Below are positions 50,651 to 64,000 of a DNA stretch of 64,000 bases, one piece after another. The notes beneath the pieces are model-generated. The model saw only the letters and a program-made list of their open reading frames with translations. It was not told the DNA's origin and did not search any database. Both the position numbers and the translations under genes were made by a program. The stretch's first letter is position 1, and every line of letters begins with the position of its first letter. The stretch comes from Flaccisagitta enflata (lineage: Eukaryota). The stretch lies in assembly GCA_965153355.1 (NCBI GenBank), contig OZ231126.1:496001-560000 (forward strand), in the 5' to 3' direction.

Positions 50651-52698
50651 ACGGTAAAGAAAAAAATGTTTGTCTTTATTATTCTATTTGTGGAATAATT
50701 TAAATAAAATTGTTTTAAAGCAATAGTCGCAGAAGCGTTAGATGGTTAGCAGTACCCGTGCTCTAGGTTGTGGTTAAAGTTGAAGGGGGAGCAGGGCAGC
50801 GGCCCCGAAGGATCGATGACCTATGCTTTCACACATCACTGTGCTCTGAAAACATACAATAGCGAGATAAAAATATAAGCCCGTATAAATAGATGATTAT
50901 TTTGGTTAAAAAGTTTGCTTTGATATGTTCAAATTGCATGTCTAAGGGGCTTTGCCCGCTTCCCAAATCATAAAAGGGTCCTTTTCAGCCTTCAAAGTCG
51001 GATGATAGCAAAAAAAAAAAAAGGAAAAAAAAGAAAAAAAAAACACCCAAATTTTCTAATCTTTTTCATAATAGAATTTCAAAAAATGCAGTTTTTTTTA
51101 AATACCTTGTCTTTTACATGCAGCAGCGCCACCAAAATTTAAAAGTACTATATTCAGTCCATCCTTCAGCTTATTTACAAATATTGAAGACATCGAAGAA
51201 CTTTAACAGGCATTTTTGATACCTTTCATGATAGGAAGTAGACACAAGTTTACAAACTTAGAATTGAATAAAATAGCGAACTTCAACACGAAACAAGGCC
51301 GGATACACGGCAATCCAGTCGCGGACGGTTGGGCAGGAGCAGAAATGCAAAAACCGCTCGTAATTCAAAAATGTTACTGACTCACCGACCGACACGGCAA
51401 GTTCTAGATTCGCGTGTCCGCGACTAAAAAGTTGCATTGAATGAGTTGGGAAGCGGATAAAACCATATATATTCTTCATCAGTACAACAAACTACGCCAG
51501 TTTCTCATATCAGTATTGGCCAAAAGTTAGTGCTTAATTCCTATTGTCCCAAGGTTATGTGCTCTCACAGCAAATTGCATATGACAGCGTCCCCCCGAAG
51601 GCAACATTTGTGTTTCAAAGAGGGTCAAAATGGAAATTTTGAATGAATGGAAAGGGAAGAACAAGTGAATAAAAATGATTCAGATAACTCAGACATGATA
51701 TTTAAAACAAAATTTTGCATTTGTTTAGCAAGAAGGATCTAGTTTAGCCAATGTTACTAAAAAAAATTTATTGAAAATTTATTCTTTTTTCATTTTTGGT
51801 CACTGACAGGTGGCTGGTCTAAATTCTAAATTTGCATAAAAAACAAAAAAATGAAAAAACAAAGAACATAGTTCTCTTCCTAAATCGATTACAGAGAGAA
51901 CTATATTTTTCAAAATGCAAAATTTCCCGGTATATGGCTTTCTTAGAATTTAGACCACAGAAAATGAAAAAAGTTGTAAGTAGAAATTTGCTAAAACCAT
52001 CATTTTTCTGCTTGTTTACATGTGAACCGCATAGTTCAAACTACTTTTTAAGTCAGAAAATGATGAAAAGGTATACACCAAGTGTCTTTAGAGAGAAAAT
52101 GTTTATTAAAACCATTTCAGCTTCATTATTGTCCTGATAATGATGCAAAAAGTATGGTGGAACACTTAATTTTCCTTCGAAAATTCGCCGTCATATGAGG
52201 GATTTTTTCCTCCTCCTTCTTCTCCTCCTTCTTCTTTGTCCCCCCTCCGTCTGACTCAGATCCTAGCCTCAAGGCCCAAATCCCAGCCTCGAGGCCCAAA
52301 TCCCAGCCTCGAGGCCCAAATCCCAGTCTTGAGGCCCAAATCCCAGCCTTGAGGCCCAAGTTCCAGCATTGGGGATTCAAAGATTGGATTTAACCTCGAG
52401 GCTGAGATTTGGGCCTCAAGACTGGGATTAGGGCCTCGAGGCTGGGATTTGGGCCTTGAGGCTAGGATCTGAGTCAGAGGGGGGGGGGGAACGTAGGAGA
52501 AGAAGGAGAAGAAGCGGCCATCCATTATTTCGGGGCTCAACTCATCGGTGTAGGACAAGGAACATCCATGCCATCCATTTCCAAGTTAGTATTTTTATTT
52601 TTTTTTAGATTTTTTCCGTTTCTGTCCATTTACCGGAGCAAGAGCCAGCGATAGAGAAAATCAAAACAGAGAGAGGGAGAGAGAGAGAGAGAGCGAAG

Positions 52699-52807
<109 letters not shown>

Positions 52808-53134
52808 ACGCAAACAAAAAGAATAGTCTATCAGACAGGCAGAAAAACAGACAAACACAGTCATATAGACAGCCAGAGAGTCGGGTAGAGTATGACAGAT
52901 TTTCAACTGATAAAACAACCACGCGCAATTACAATCAAGAAAATGTGTTAAGACAATTATCTAATAGTTTTTGATAGTTTTTAACAAAGCATTGCACCTT
53001 CTTCAAATTTTGCAGATTCTATTTCTACGAGGTTTTAGTTATTAGAATAAAATGGAACTATCTAATTAAAGTCAACCCACGGCGTGGTAGCAAAATCATC
53101 AATTTGTTGATCCATTTTTCTGTCTCTGTCTCTG

Positions 53135-53462
<328 letters not shown>

Positions 53463-54191
53463 GCGCGAGGTTGACTTAGTTAGGGCTAGTTTTGAAGGGA
53501 GAGTCCTTTAGACCTACGCAGGCTACACTTCTTAATCCTACACTTCACATTGCAGAAAACTTCGGATCACTTAAACGTAGGTTTATAGTGTATAAACTGC
53601 ATCATCATAAATTATTTAAAATTTTTTTTTTTTCATTTTACTAAAAACCAAAAGCACTAGTTTTCTTTTTGCATTTTGTGCTCTTAAACCTTTGGAATAT
53701 CTTCCGCAAGAAATAAAAGTGATTGTTTTAGCTCAAGCAAGTAACTCTGTATGCTTTGATACATATTTGTTTTGATTGCAAATGAGAGTTTTTTCTGAAA
53801 TGATTAATGGTTATGTGGCAGTCCTTTGTTTTAACTGTCCCACCATGCAATTGTGCGAAAATTCAAATGTCCATGAATTCTATCACAGACAAACTAAGAA
53901 CTCGACCATGTACTACTCGACTCAATAAAGAAGCCGCACTTTTAAAAGGCAAATTGTCATATTGAATTTCAAAATAATTAATAAAAATCTTAGACCATTA
54001 GAAAGCTCTTGAAAAGATCTTCCATTTGGCTTCAATCTGGTAATTCTAGCTTTATTCGTTTTAAAATGGCATGAGAATGAGTAAAAGCATTGTCATTATC
54101 AGTTTGCAATCCTAATGAAAAATGAGCATTTTTACAAATTAGAAGATAACTTTGACAAGCTCTAAAGTATGATGGGAGCAATGACGACCTA

Positions 54192-54300
54192 GAGGATATT
54201 CACGATAGGTACTTGAGTAAGTCTCAAGTAAGTCTCAAGTAAAAATTTCTTACTTGAGACTTACTTAAGACTTACTCAAGTACCTATCGTGAATATCCTC
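54192..54300. repeat. 109-bp near-perfect palindrome (possible mini-MITE)
   Basis: GAGGATATTCACGATAGGTACTTGAGTAAGTCT ... AGACTTACTCAAGTACCTATCGTGAATATCCTC. Confidence 0.85.
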
Positions 54301-54646
54301 CAGGACTGGAGGATAGATTTTAGTTATCCTAATTTCATTTGTATCATGAAACATTTGAGATCTAGGCTAATTAAATGTTGCTCTATTGAGTGAATGCATT
54401 TGCGTCTCTTAAACCTCAACTTGTGACTTGACCTCATCAAGACTTCATTTTTCAAGGTTCTAACCATTTTTATAATATCGGGCGAAAAATTTTATATAAT
54501 TTAAAAAAAGATCAAGGAAGAAAGAAAGAACGAAAGAAAGAAGGAAAGAAAGTAGGAAAGAAAGAAGGGAGGAGAAAAAGATAGAAAGAAAGCAAGAGAG
54601 AAAGACGGGAGAGAATGGCAAGAAGACAAAAAGAAACGCAGAAAGA

Positions 54647-54848
54647 AACAAGGCCGGATACACGGCTACCCCAGTCGCCTGCGGGTGGGCAGGGGCCGTA
54701 ATCAAGGTCAACATATCATTTGGGCAGGAGCAGTGAGGTCAAAGACCATAAAAACCCCAAAAAAGTAAAGTGTGACTGACCAACGGATGGACGGACCAAG
54801 GGACCGACAAAGCGGGGTGTAGAGTCGCGTAGCACGCAACTAAAAAAA
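54647..54848 (-). mobile_element. HINE/DINE-1-like family B
   Basis: Full-length copy. Confidence 0.8.
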
Positions 54849-55564
54849 TTAAAGAATAAAAGAAAAACTCAACTGTTACTACCTGGAGCAAAAGTCTTCG
54901 TTCACCTGGGCTAAAAACTCATTTCATCATAAACTATGGACAAGTCAATCTATATCAGGGTTTACATAGTTCATCTGACATCTTGCCATGGCAACGCCTG
55001 CTTCTATGGGTCACTGTGATGATTTGTATGACTTTAAAACATGTTTTGTCAGGCCTTGTCACTTGACATTATGTTTGATTTTATGCCATTTCCTCAATAG
55101 CTGTTGGTTATCCCTTATGTATTCTAAACCCATAAATTCTTTAGGGGCAAAAATCTAGGTAAATTGACATAGAAGCCCTTGATTTTTTTTCAGCCCCCCG
55201 CGTTTGTTCGGTCAATTTTGTCATGTCCAAACAAGTAAGTATGTGGCAAGACAGCTGACGCCAAAAAAATCCTTAATTCATTTCCCAATTTTGAAAAATG
55301 ACAAGCAATCTTTAAATTGCTCTTATTTCTATATTGATTTGATTGATTTGTAATGCTCAATATGTGCATTTATCACATTTAACAAATGTTAATGAGCCGT
55401 ACTTTAGTACAAAGAACTATTCTATGGTAAAAAAAAAAACGAACCAAAAGGAAAAGAAATACACAACAGTTCAGCCAAATAAATAAAAATAAAAAGAATA
55501 AGATGAAATTAGTGCGATCGTTTAAGATGTATGCGGTAATTACAATAAATAGATCTAGTAAAAT

Positions 55565-55675
<111 letters not shown>

Positions 55676-56403
55676 TTTTTATACACATTATTAATCAATC
55701 CTTTCGCATTGTACCATGAGCACATTTTGTGTTCCAAATGTCTCTTATTCTATTCATGACAGAGCGGATTGAAACTATGGAATCACTATGAATCAAGTCA
55801 AAGTCGATCATTTCATTGTTTGCTGAAAGAGAATTCCATTTCGGGCATTCATTCATTCTGTGATGTTCGTTGTCAATTTGATTACAGCCTATGCATGTGG
55901 AACTATGTGTGCCTTTGAGCCTTTGCCTTTGCCTTTGCCTTTGCCTTTGCCTTTGCCTTTGCCTTTGCTTTTGCCTTTGCCTTTGAGCTGCTGAGATGGG
56001 ATTAGACTCAAATGAAAATTTTTTTGAGGCTGTTTCCAGATCTCATCAATTTTCCCTACTGATCTTTGACCAATCTAGGGTTATGCATGTATGTAGGTGA
56101 ACGGAGACTTATGCTCTAGTTAGTACAGATAAAATATCTGGGTATTGAAGAAATTCATTCTCATTTTGGTTCAAAAAGGGAACTATTGAATTTTTATAAA
56201 ATCTTCAGAAAACATTCCTTTTTCAATCCCTTGCTTATTATGAATTTGCAAACGATAATCTGTCAGATTTTTTTCAGAATTGAATTCATTAGATATTTGA
56301 AAGAAAAACAATCTTGTTGTAATATGCTGTAAACAAAAAGAAATAATTACCAACGTTCTACTAAATGGGCTTTTGGTAAAGGAAGAAGGGGGCAGCAGAG
56401 GTG

Positions 56404-56905
56404 GAACAGGTCGCCCAAGGGCAATAGGTGGTCAGCGATACCCGTTGCCCTGCTTTGCATGATTGTGAATTGGAATGAGGGGAAGCAGGGCAGCGGCCCC
56501 GAAGGGGACGATGTCCTGTAGATACAGGGGTACTTTTGTTTGTCCGTTTGTGCATTTGTTCGTCCGTCCGTCCGTCTCCACCAGGCCATCTCACGACTAA
56601 AATCTAACCTCTCAGGCCTGAAATTTGCCCTCTCAGGCTGGGAGGGTAGACATAAGGCCTGAGAGGGCTTGAGAGGGCGGATTTCAGACCTGAGAGGGCA
56701 GATTTCAGGCCTGAGAGGGCAGATTCAAGGCCTGAGTGGGGAGATTTCAGGCCTGAGAGGGTAGATTTCAGGCCTGAGATGGCAGATTTCAGGCCTGAGA
56801 GGGCCTGGGGGGACGCACGAACGAACAAACGAACGAACGAACGCACGAACGAAAGTCCCCCTGTGTTCTACAGGACATCGTCCCCTTCGGGGCCGCTGCC
56901 CAAAA
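56404..56905 (-). mobile_element. HINE-like family C
   Basis: Reverse-orientation homologue of 44018-44528. Confidence 0.75.
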
Positions 56906-57226
56906 GCCGAGGGAAAGAGGTAGTAGGGGCCACAAAGGGGACTAGGGGGCCCCGCGGTAGTAGTCAAGTCTAGGGCCCCGCGGAGGGTAAGTACGGCTCA
57001 GCCGCCCGGTCTCTTCTCATATGCCTCAAAGCATCTCATTTCATTCAAGTTATAATTCACGCATGCACGCGACTGAAAACGAACCAATTGTAAATATTCA
57101 TGAAAAACAATTCTTTTATTACACTCACACAAAGTGTAAATCAAAGAGCCGGAGCGGCTAGAAGACGACTAAAACAATTACAAGTGAAACAATAATCTTA
57201 ACGAGAGCGCCAGGATGACAACAGAT

Positions 57227-57283
57227 TCAGTTTTCAGGTTGTAGTTGGACTTCAATGGGATAATGGTCGCTGACCCGCAAAGT
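57227..57283 (-). CDS. DNASE1: DNase I-like protein (copy B), last exon with catalytic SDHYP
   Basis: ttcattgcag|TLRVSDHYPIEVQLQPEN*; AATAAA on - at 57115-57120. Confidence 0.9.
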   Translation of the reverse strand, partial: TLRVSDHYPIEVQLQPEN

Positions 57284-58029
57284 CTGCAATGAAAAAACAA
57301 AAAGGTTTGTAGCCAATTTAGTACACGTAAAACTGTCATTAGGTTGGCAGAAAGCGTCATTAAACGATAGTCACTGTATAAAGGAATAACTATCGCACCT
57401 ATTTATTGGGCCTAATGTCCTTGACCTGAAGTCGACCGTTTACCCCAAATATTTCATTTTCAGGGCCGGACAAAATGTGTTTGTATTCATCTCTTCTAGC
57501 CTATTCCCTGTTCCCTAGGTCAAAATTAGTGCAAAAATACCACCAATGAAAAACCGGTATTGATTAACCCAGATAAAAGAAATTGGACGACCTGCGCGCT
57601 TGGAGACGAATCACTTAAAGGGTAGTGAAGAGCTCATTTGCATAATGCTGTTTTATATTGCTCTAGTCGTGCCACAGTTTCAATATCTATAGCGAAAGAT
57701 TTTTAGTCGCGGACTCGCGACTCAAGACTTTGCTGTGTCGGTCGGTCGGGCGGTCGGCCCGTCCGTTGGTCCGTCCCCGTTTTTTCGCTATTCCGCTCCT
57801 ACCCATCTGTCAAAGACTGAGGGGGAGTGTTTACGGCCTTGATTACTCTATGGGGAATCTTTTTTATTTCAGAAATCATTAGTTTAGGTTCGCAATATCA
57901 GTCCTATATGTCAATTTGTCTCTCTGATATGAATCCCCGTATTTCCAAGTCTGGACATCTACTGTATGGCTCTTGGCGCATAGAGAACGCAAATGGTTGA
58001 GTGAAGGGTATATGGAATGACTTACATAC

Positions 58030-61000
58030 TCAACCTGAATATTTCGATGCAACTTACCAAACCTGAATGTTACTATGCAACTGATATACATTGTTGCAAC
58101 ATACCAAATCTGAATGCTACTATGCAACTGAGATACATTGTTGCAACATACCAAACCTGAATGTTACTATGCAACTGATATTCACTATTGCAAGTTACCA
58201 AACCTGAATGTTACTATGCAACTGATATTCTCCATTGCAACATACCAAATCTGAATGTTACTATGCAACTGATATACATTGTTGCAACATACCAAATCTG
58301 AATGTTACTATGCAACTGATATACATTGTTGCAACATACCAAATCTGAATGTTACTATGCAACTGATATTCACCATTGCAAGTTACCAAACCTGATACAA
58401 CTGATATACATTGTTGCAAGTTACCAAACCTGAATGTTACTATGCAACTGATATACATTGTTGCAACATACCAAACCTGAATGTTACTATGCAACTGATA
58501 TTCACCATTGCAAGTTACCAAACCTGATACAACTGATATACATCGTTGCAACATACCAAATCTGAATGTTACTATGCAACTGATATACATTGTTGCAACT
58601 TACCAAATCTGAATGTTACTATGCAACTGATATACATCGTTGCAACATACCAAACCTGAATGTTACTATGCAACTGATATTCACCATTGCAAGTTACCAA
58701 ACCTGATACAACTGATATATATTGTTGCAAGTTACCAAATCTGAATGTTACTACACAACTGATATACATCGTTGCAACTTACCAAATCTGAATGTTACTA
58801 TGCAACTGATATACATCGTTGCAACATACCAAACCTGAATGTTACTATGCAACTGATATACATCGTTGCAACATACCGAACCTGAATGTTACTATGCAAC
58901 TGATATACATCGTTGCAAGTTACCAAACCTGAATGTTACTATGCAACTGATATACATCGTTGCAACATACCAAACCTGAATGTTACTATGCAACTGATAT
59001 ACATTGTTGCAACATACCAAATCTGAATGTTACTATGCAACTGATATTCACCATTGCAAGTTACCAAACCTGATACAACTGATATACATTGTTGCAAGTT
59101 ACCAAACCTGAATGTTACTATGCAACTGATATACATTGTTGCAACATACCAAACCTGAATGTTACTATGCAACTGATATTCACCATTGCAAGTTACCAAA
59201 CCTGAATGTTACTATGCAACTGATATACATCGTTGCAACATACCAAATCTGAATGTTACTATGCAACTGATATACATTGTTGCAACTTACCAAATCTGAA
59301 TGTTACTATGCAACTGATATACATCGTTGCAACATACCAAACCTGAATGTTACTATGCAACTGATATTCACCATTGCAAGTTACCAAACCTGATACAACT
59401 GATATATATTGTTGCAAGTTACCAAATCTGAATGTTACTACACAACTGATATACATCGTTGCAACTTACCAAATCTGAATGTTACTATGCAACTGATATA
59501 CATCGTTGCAACATACCAAACCTGAATGTTACTATGCAACTGATATACATCGTTGCAACATACCGAACCTGAATGTTACTATGCAACTGATATACATCGT
59601 TGCAAGTTACCAAACCTGAATGTTACTATGCAACTGATATACATCGTTGCAACATACCAAACCTGAATGTTACTATGCAACTGATATTCACCATTGCAAG
59701 TTACCAAATCTGAATGTTACTACACAACTGATATACATCGTTGCAACATACCAAACCTGAATGTTACTATGCAACTGATATACATTGTTGCAACATACCA
59801 AATCTGAATGTTACTATGCAACTGATATTCACCATTGCAACTTACCAAATCTGAATGTTACTATGCAACTGATATACATCGTTGCAACATACTAAACCTG
59901 AATGTTACTATACAACTGATATTCACCATTGCAAGTTACCAAACCTGAATGTTACTATGCAACTGATATACATCGTTGCAACTTACCAAACCTGAATGTT
60001 ACTATGCAACTGATATTCACCATTGCAAGTTACCAAACCTGAATGTTACTATGCAACTGATATTCACCATTGCAAGTTACCAAACCTGAATGTTACTATG
60101 CAACTGATATACATTGTTGCAACATACCAAACCTGAATGTTACTATGCAAATGATATTCACCATTGCATGTTACCAAATCTGAATGTTACTATGCAACTG
60201 ATATTTACCATTGCAAGTTACCAAACCTGAATGTTACTATGCAACTGATATTCACCATTGCAACTTACCAAATCTGAATGTTACTATGCAACTGAGATAC
60301 ATTGTTGCAACATACCAAACCTGAATGTTACTATGCAACTGATATACATTGTTGCAACATACCAAACCTGAATGTTACTATGCAACTGATATACATTGTT
60401 GCAACATACCAAACCTGAATGTTACTATGCAACTAATATACATCGTTGCAACATACTAAACCTGAATGTTACTATACAACTGATATTCACCATTGCAAGT
60501 TACCAAACCTGAATGTTACTATGCAACTGATATACATCGTTGCAACTTACCAAACCTGAATGTTACTATGCAACTGATATACACCGTTGCAAGTTACCAA
60601 ATCTGAATGTTACTGTGCAACTGATATTCACCATTGCAAGTTACCAAATCTGAATGTTACTATGCAACTGATATTCACCATTGCAAGTTACCAAATCTGA
60701 ATGTTACTATACAACTGATATACATTGTTGCAACTTACCAAATCTGAATGTTACTATGCAACTGATATACATTGTTGCAACATACCAAATCTGAATGTTG
60801 CTATGCAACTGATATACATTGTTGCAACATACCAAATCTGAATGTTACTATGCAACTGATATACACAGTTGCAAGTTACCAAATCTGAATGTTACTATAC
60901 AACTGATATTCACCATTGCAAGTTACCAAATCTGAATGTTACGATACAACTGATATACATTGTTGCAACTTACCAAATCTGAATGTTACTATACAACTGA

Positions 61001-62198
61001 TATACATTGTTGCAACTTACCAAATCTGAATGTTACTATGCAACTGATATACATTGTTGCAACATACCAAATCTGAATGTTACTATGCAACTGATATACA
61101 TTGTTGCAACATACCAAATCTGAATGTTACTATGCAACTGATATTCACCATTGCAAGTTACCAAACCTAAATGTTACTATACAACTGATATTCACCATCA
61201 CAAGTTACCAAACCTGATTGTTACTATGCAACTGATAAACATCGTTGCAACTTACCAAACCTGAATGTTACTATACAACTGATAAACATTGTTGCAACAT
61301 ACCAAATCTGAATGTTACTATGCAACTGATATTCACCATTGCAAGTTACCAAACCTAAATGTTACTATACAACTGATATTCACCATTGCAAGTTACCAAA
61401 CCTAAATGTTACTATGCAACTGATATTCACCATTGCAAGTTACCAAACCTAAATGTTACTATACAACTGATATTCCCCATCGCAAGTTACCAAACCTGAA
61501 TGTTACTATACAACTGATATACATCGTTGCAACTTACCAAACCTGAATGTTACTATACAACTGATATTCACCATTGCAAGTTACCAGACCTGAATGTTAC
61601 TATGCAACTGAGATACATCATTGCAACTTACCAAACCTGAATGTTACTATACAACTGATATACATCGTTGCAACTTACCAAACCTGAATGTTACTATGCA
61701 ACTGAGATACATCGTTGCAACTTACCAGACCTGAATGTTACTATGCAACTGATATACATCGTTGCAAGTTACCAAATCTGAATGTTACTATGCAACTGAT
61801 ATACATTGTTGCAACATACCAAATCTGAATGTTACTATACAACTGATATTCACCATTGCAAGTTACCAAACCTGAATATTACTATACAACTGATATACAT
61901 CGTTGCAACATACCAAATCTGAATGGTACTATGCAACTGATATTCACCATTGCAAGTTACCAAATCTGAATGTTACTATGCAACTGATATTCACCATTGC
62001 AAGTTACCAAATCTGAATGTTACTATGCAACTGAGATACATTGTTGCAACATACCAAATCTGAATGTTACTATGCAACTGATATTCACCATTGCAAGTTA
62101 CCAAACCTGAATGTTACTATGCAACTGAGATACCTTGTTGCAACATACCAAACCTGAATGTTACTATGCAACTGATATACATTGTTGCAACTTACCAA
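58030..62198. repeat. 47-bp intronic satellite, about 90 copies (with 38-bp variants)
   Basis: Unit AACCTGAATGTTACTATGCAACTGATATACATTGTTGCAACATACCA; starts exactly at the DNase B donor. Confidence 0.97.
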
Positions 62199-62298
62199 TT
62201 CGTCGTCAAGACCAAAGAAGTTCTGGAAATCGAAGACTTGAGCTGATTCTTTGATTATTCCGCCATTTTCAAATCGACCGCGTTTGGAAATGATGAAT
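62196..62298 (-). CDS. DNASE1: DNase I-like protein (copy B), penultimate exon
   Basis: atatcag|A FIISKRGRFENGGIIKESAQVFDFQNFFGLDDEL|gtaagt; same 103-nt length as the paralogous exon 28732-28834. Confidence 0.88.
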
Positions 62299-62302
62299 CT
62301 GA

Positions 62303-62618
62303 TATAATAGGGTGGTCACAAAATAGGGTCAAATTTCAAAAAATGATATACTCTAGTATTTTGCATAAATGTACAAAAAAGAAGGTTTTTCCACAAGTAG
62401 AGGTCTGAATTTGAAGAATAAACCATGGCGGCAAATATATAGGCTTCCTATGGCAATAAAAAGATCTCCATAGCAACCCTATAGTTTTGCCGACAAGGTT
62501 TCTTGTTTGATTTCACACCCCAGCTTGTGAGAAATCCTTCTTTTATTGGACAATTGTGCAAAAGGCTCAAGTATATCAATGTATAAAATTTAACCCAATT
62601 CCGGACCACCCTATTATA
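62303..62618. mobile_element. TA-type TIR MITE abutting a splice acceptor
   Basis: TATAATAGGGTGGTC ... GACCACCCTATTATA. Confidence 0.75.
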
Positions 62619-62929
62619 TAATGAGTTGTTGATTAGTTGATTCATCATTCGAACAATTCATCCCCCCCCCCACTCCTGTAGCCCCCCCCCCCCCATGTGC
62701 GCGACCCACATGGTAATCTCACACGTGGTTTAAATCTAATGCATCTATTAGTCTATTGGACTAATAGTCTATAAGTCTATCAGTCTATTAGTTTATTAGT
62801 CTCGCCATATTGTCTATCTGACTCAATGCATAAACACGTCTGTCCGTCCGCGAATAAGGTAGCCAGGTATTCGGCCGTGTTTAAGAGACGGAAATAAATC
62901 GCTTAAAATATCTAATGGAATAGTTCTTA

Positions 62930-63181
62930 GGGGGCGTTTCCAGTCAGAGATAATCGCGTTTTGAATGGGCCACTCGGTCACTCGCTATGTTCGTTCGCTC
63001 GCACCGGTCACTCCGCTCACTCGCTCCGCAGCGCTCAGCTTCACTACGCTCCGTTCACGGGCTCGCTCACTCACTTCGCTCACTCCCTTGTGGGACAGTT
63101 GAAATTCATGAATATGTGTTCACGCTGCAAAAGCGTTCAATGGGAACAAAGGCGTTATTCATCTTCACTAGAAACACGCCC
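62930..63181. mobile_element. PIF/Harbinger-type MITE inserted in a splice donor
   Basis: TTA TSD at 62927-62929 and 63182-63184. Confidence 0.8.
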
Positions 63182-63185
63182 TTAC

Positions 63186-63254
63186 CTGTCATAAGCGCAG
63201 TTACTTCTGCCTGTTGTTGTGTCAGCGTTATCAGGAATCAGCCAGTTCCAATAC
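63186..63254 (-). CDS. DNASE1: DNase I-like protein (copy B), exon WLIPD..CAYDR
   Basis: cgattag|G YWNWLIPDNADTTTGRSNCAYD AG|gtaag; compare DNase I FQWLIPDSADTTATSTNCAYDR. Confidence 0.93.
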
Positions 63255-63453
63255 CTAATCGAAATGAGATATTGCATCGTTACTAAACTGTTTCAATACC
63301 TAATTGAAATAAGATATTGCATCGTTACTAAATTGTTTTATGCTTGGCTTTTCAAACATTTTCCAATTGTGAAGAAGCCCAAGGGATTTACAAATTTTCT
63401 TTGCCCATGAGCACATCAATTTGTAACTTTCGATATTTAGTATTTAAATATAC

Positions 63454-63523
63454 CTTTCATTACGAAGTCTGATATCAGGCCAATACTTTTTCGGCATATA
63501 AGCACCGTCCGCGTTCAAGTCAC
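63454..63523 (-). CDS. DNASE1: DNase I-like protein (copy B), exon GDLNAD (gene continues beyond the window)
   Basis: ctcttag|GT DLNADGAYMPKKYWPDIRLRNE AG|gtatat; compare GDFNADCSYVTSSQWSSIRLR. Confidence 0.92.
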
Positions 63524-63659
63524 CTAAGAGTTCAAATAATTGGTCACCGGAAAATTTAGTATCCACAAGGCACCATCACCAATCACCAATCACCAATCAC
63601 AAAACACCAATCACCACCAACAATCACATTCGTCATTTTCAGATTTTTTTACCACCTCA

Positions 63660-63749
63660 CCATTATCATCATCATCATCATCACCATCATCATCATCACC
63701 AATGATGATGAAGATGATGATAATGATGATGATGATGATGGTGATTCAC

Positions 63750-63792
<43 letters not shown>

Positions 63793-63837
63793 TTCATCAT
63801 CATCATCATCATCATTATCATCATTATTATCATCATT

Positions 63838-63931
<94 letters not shown>

Positions 63932-63951
63932 CCATCATCTTTTTCATAATT

Positions 63952-63996
<45 letters not shown>

Positions 63997-64000
63997 TTCA
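63660..64000. repeat. (ATC)n microsatellite
   Basis: Directly visible. Confidence 0.95.

Noticed and set aside
50837-52191. Second RSS-heptamer element interrupting a family A copy
   Set aside because: It starts CACTGTG but has no matching right TIR or clean 5-bp TSD; an insertion is likely but cannot be classified.
58030-62198. CRISPR-like appearance of the regular arrays (also 13170-14937 and 5593-6300)
   Set aside because: Units are head-to-tail with no unique spacers, there are no cas genes, and the context is spliced eukaryotic genes.

Overview
Repeat-dense animal (invertebrate-type) genomic DNA; nothing here looks prokaryotic. Most ORFs in the supplied track are microsatellite or satellite artefacts. 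Splicing by hand on both strands recovers four real loci. (1) The 3' end of an usherin (USH2A)-like gene on + (last FN3 repeats, TM helix, cytoplasmic tail; 302-4139). (2) A DNase I-family pseudogene on - (36590-28055) with a frameshift, a dead donor and missing catalytic exons. (3) An XK-related (XKR scramblase-like) gene on - (47909-39275, about 538 aa) whose first coding exon is split by a palindromic MITE that must be spliced out if the gene works. (4) The last four exons of a second DNase I paralogue on - (63523-57227), with no lesion in the exons seen. Between them are DINE-1/HINE-like (Helentron-type) elements, Tc1/mariner, hAT and PIF/Harbinger-type MITEs, a Transib-type MITE with RSS-like ends, and many satellites. 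The most striking pattern is that all four genes carry tandem duplications anchored on a splice junction, from 2 copies up to a 4.2-kb array of about 90 donor-containing units. Family assignments rest on remembered motifs; no database search was run.
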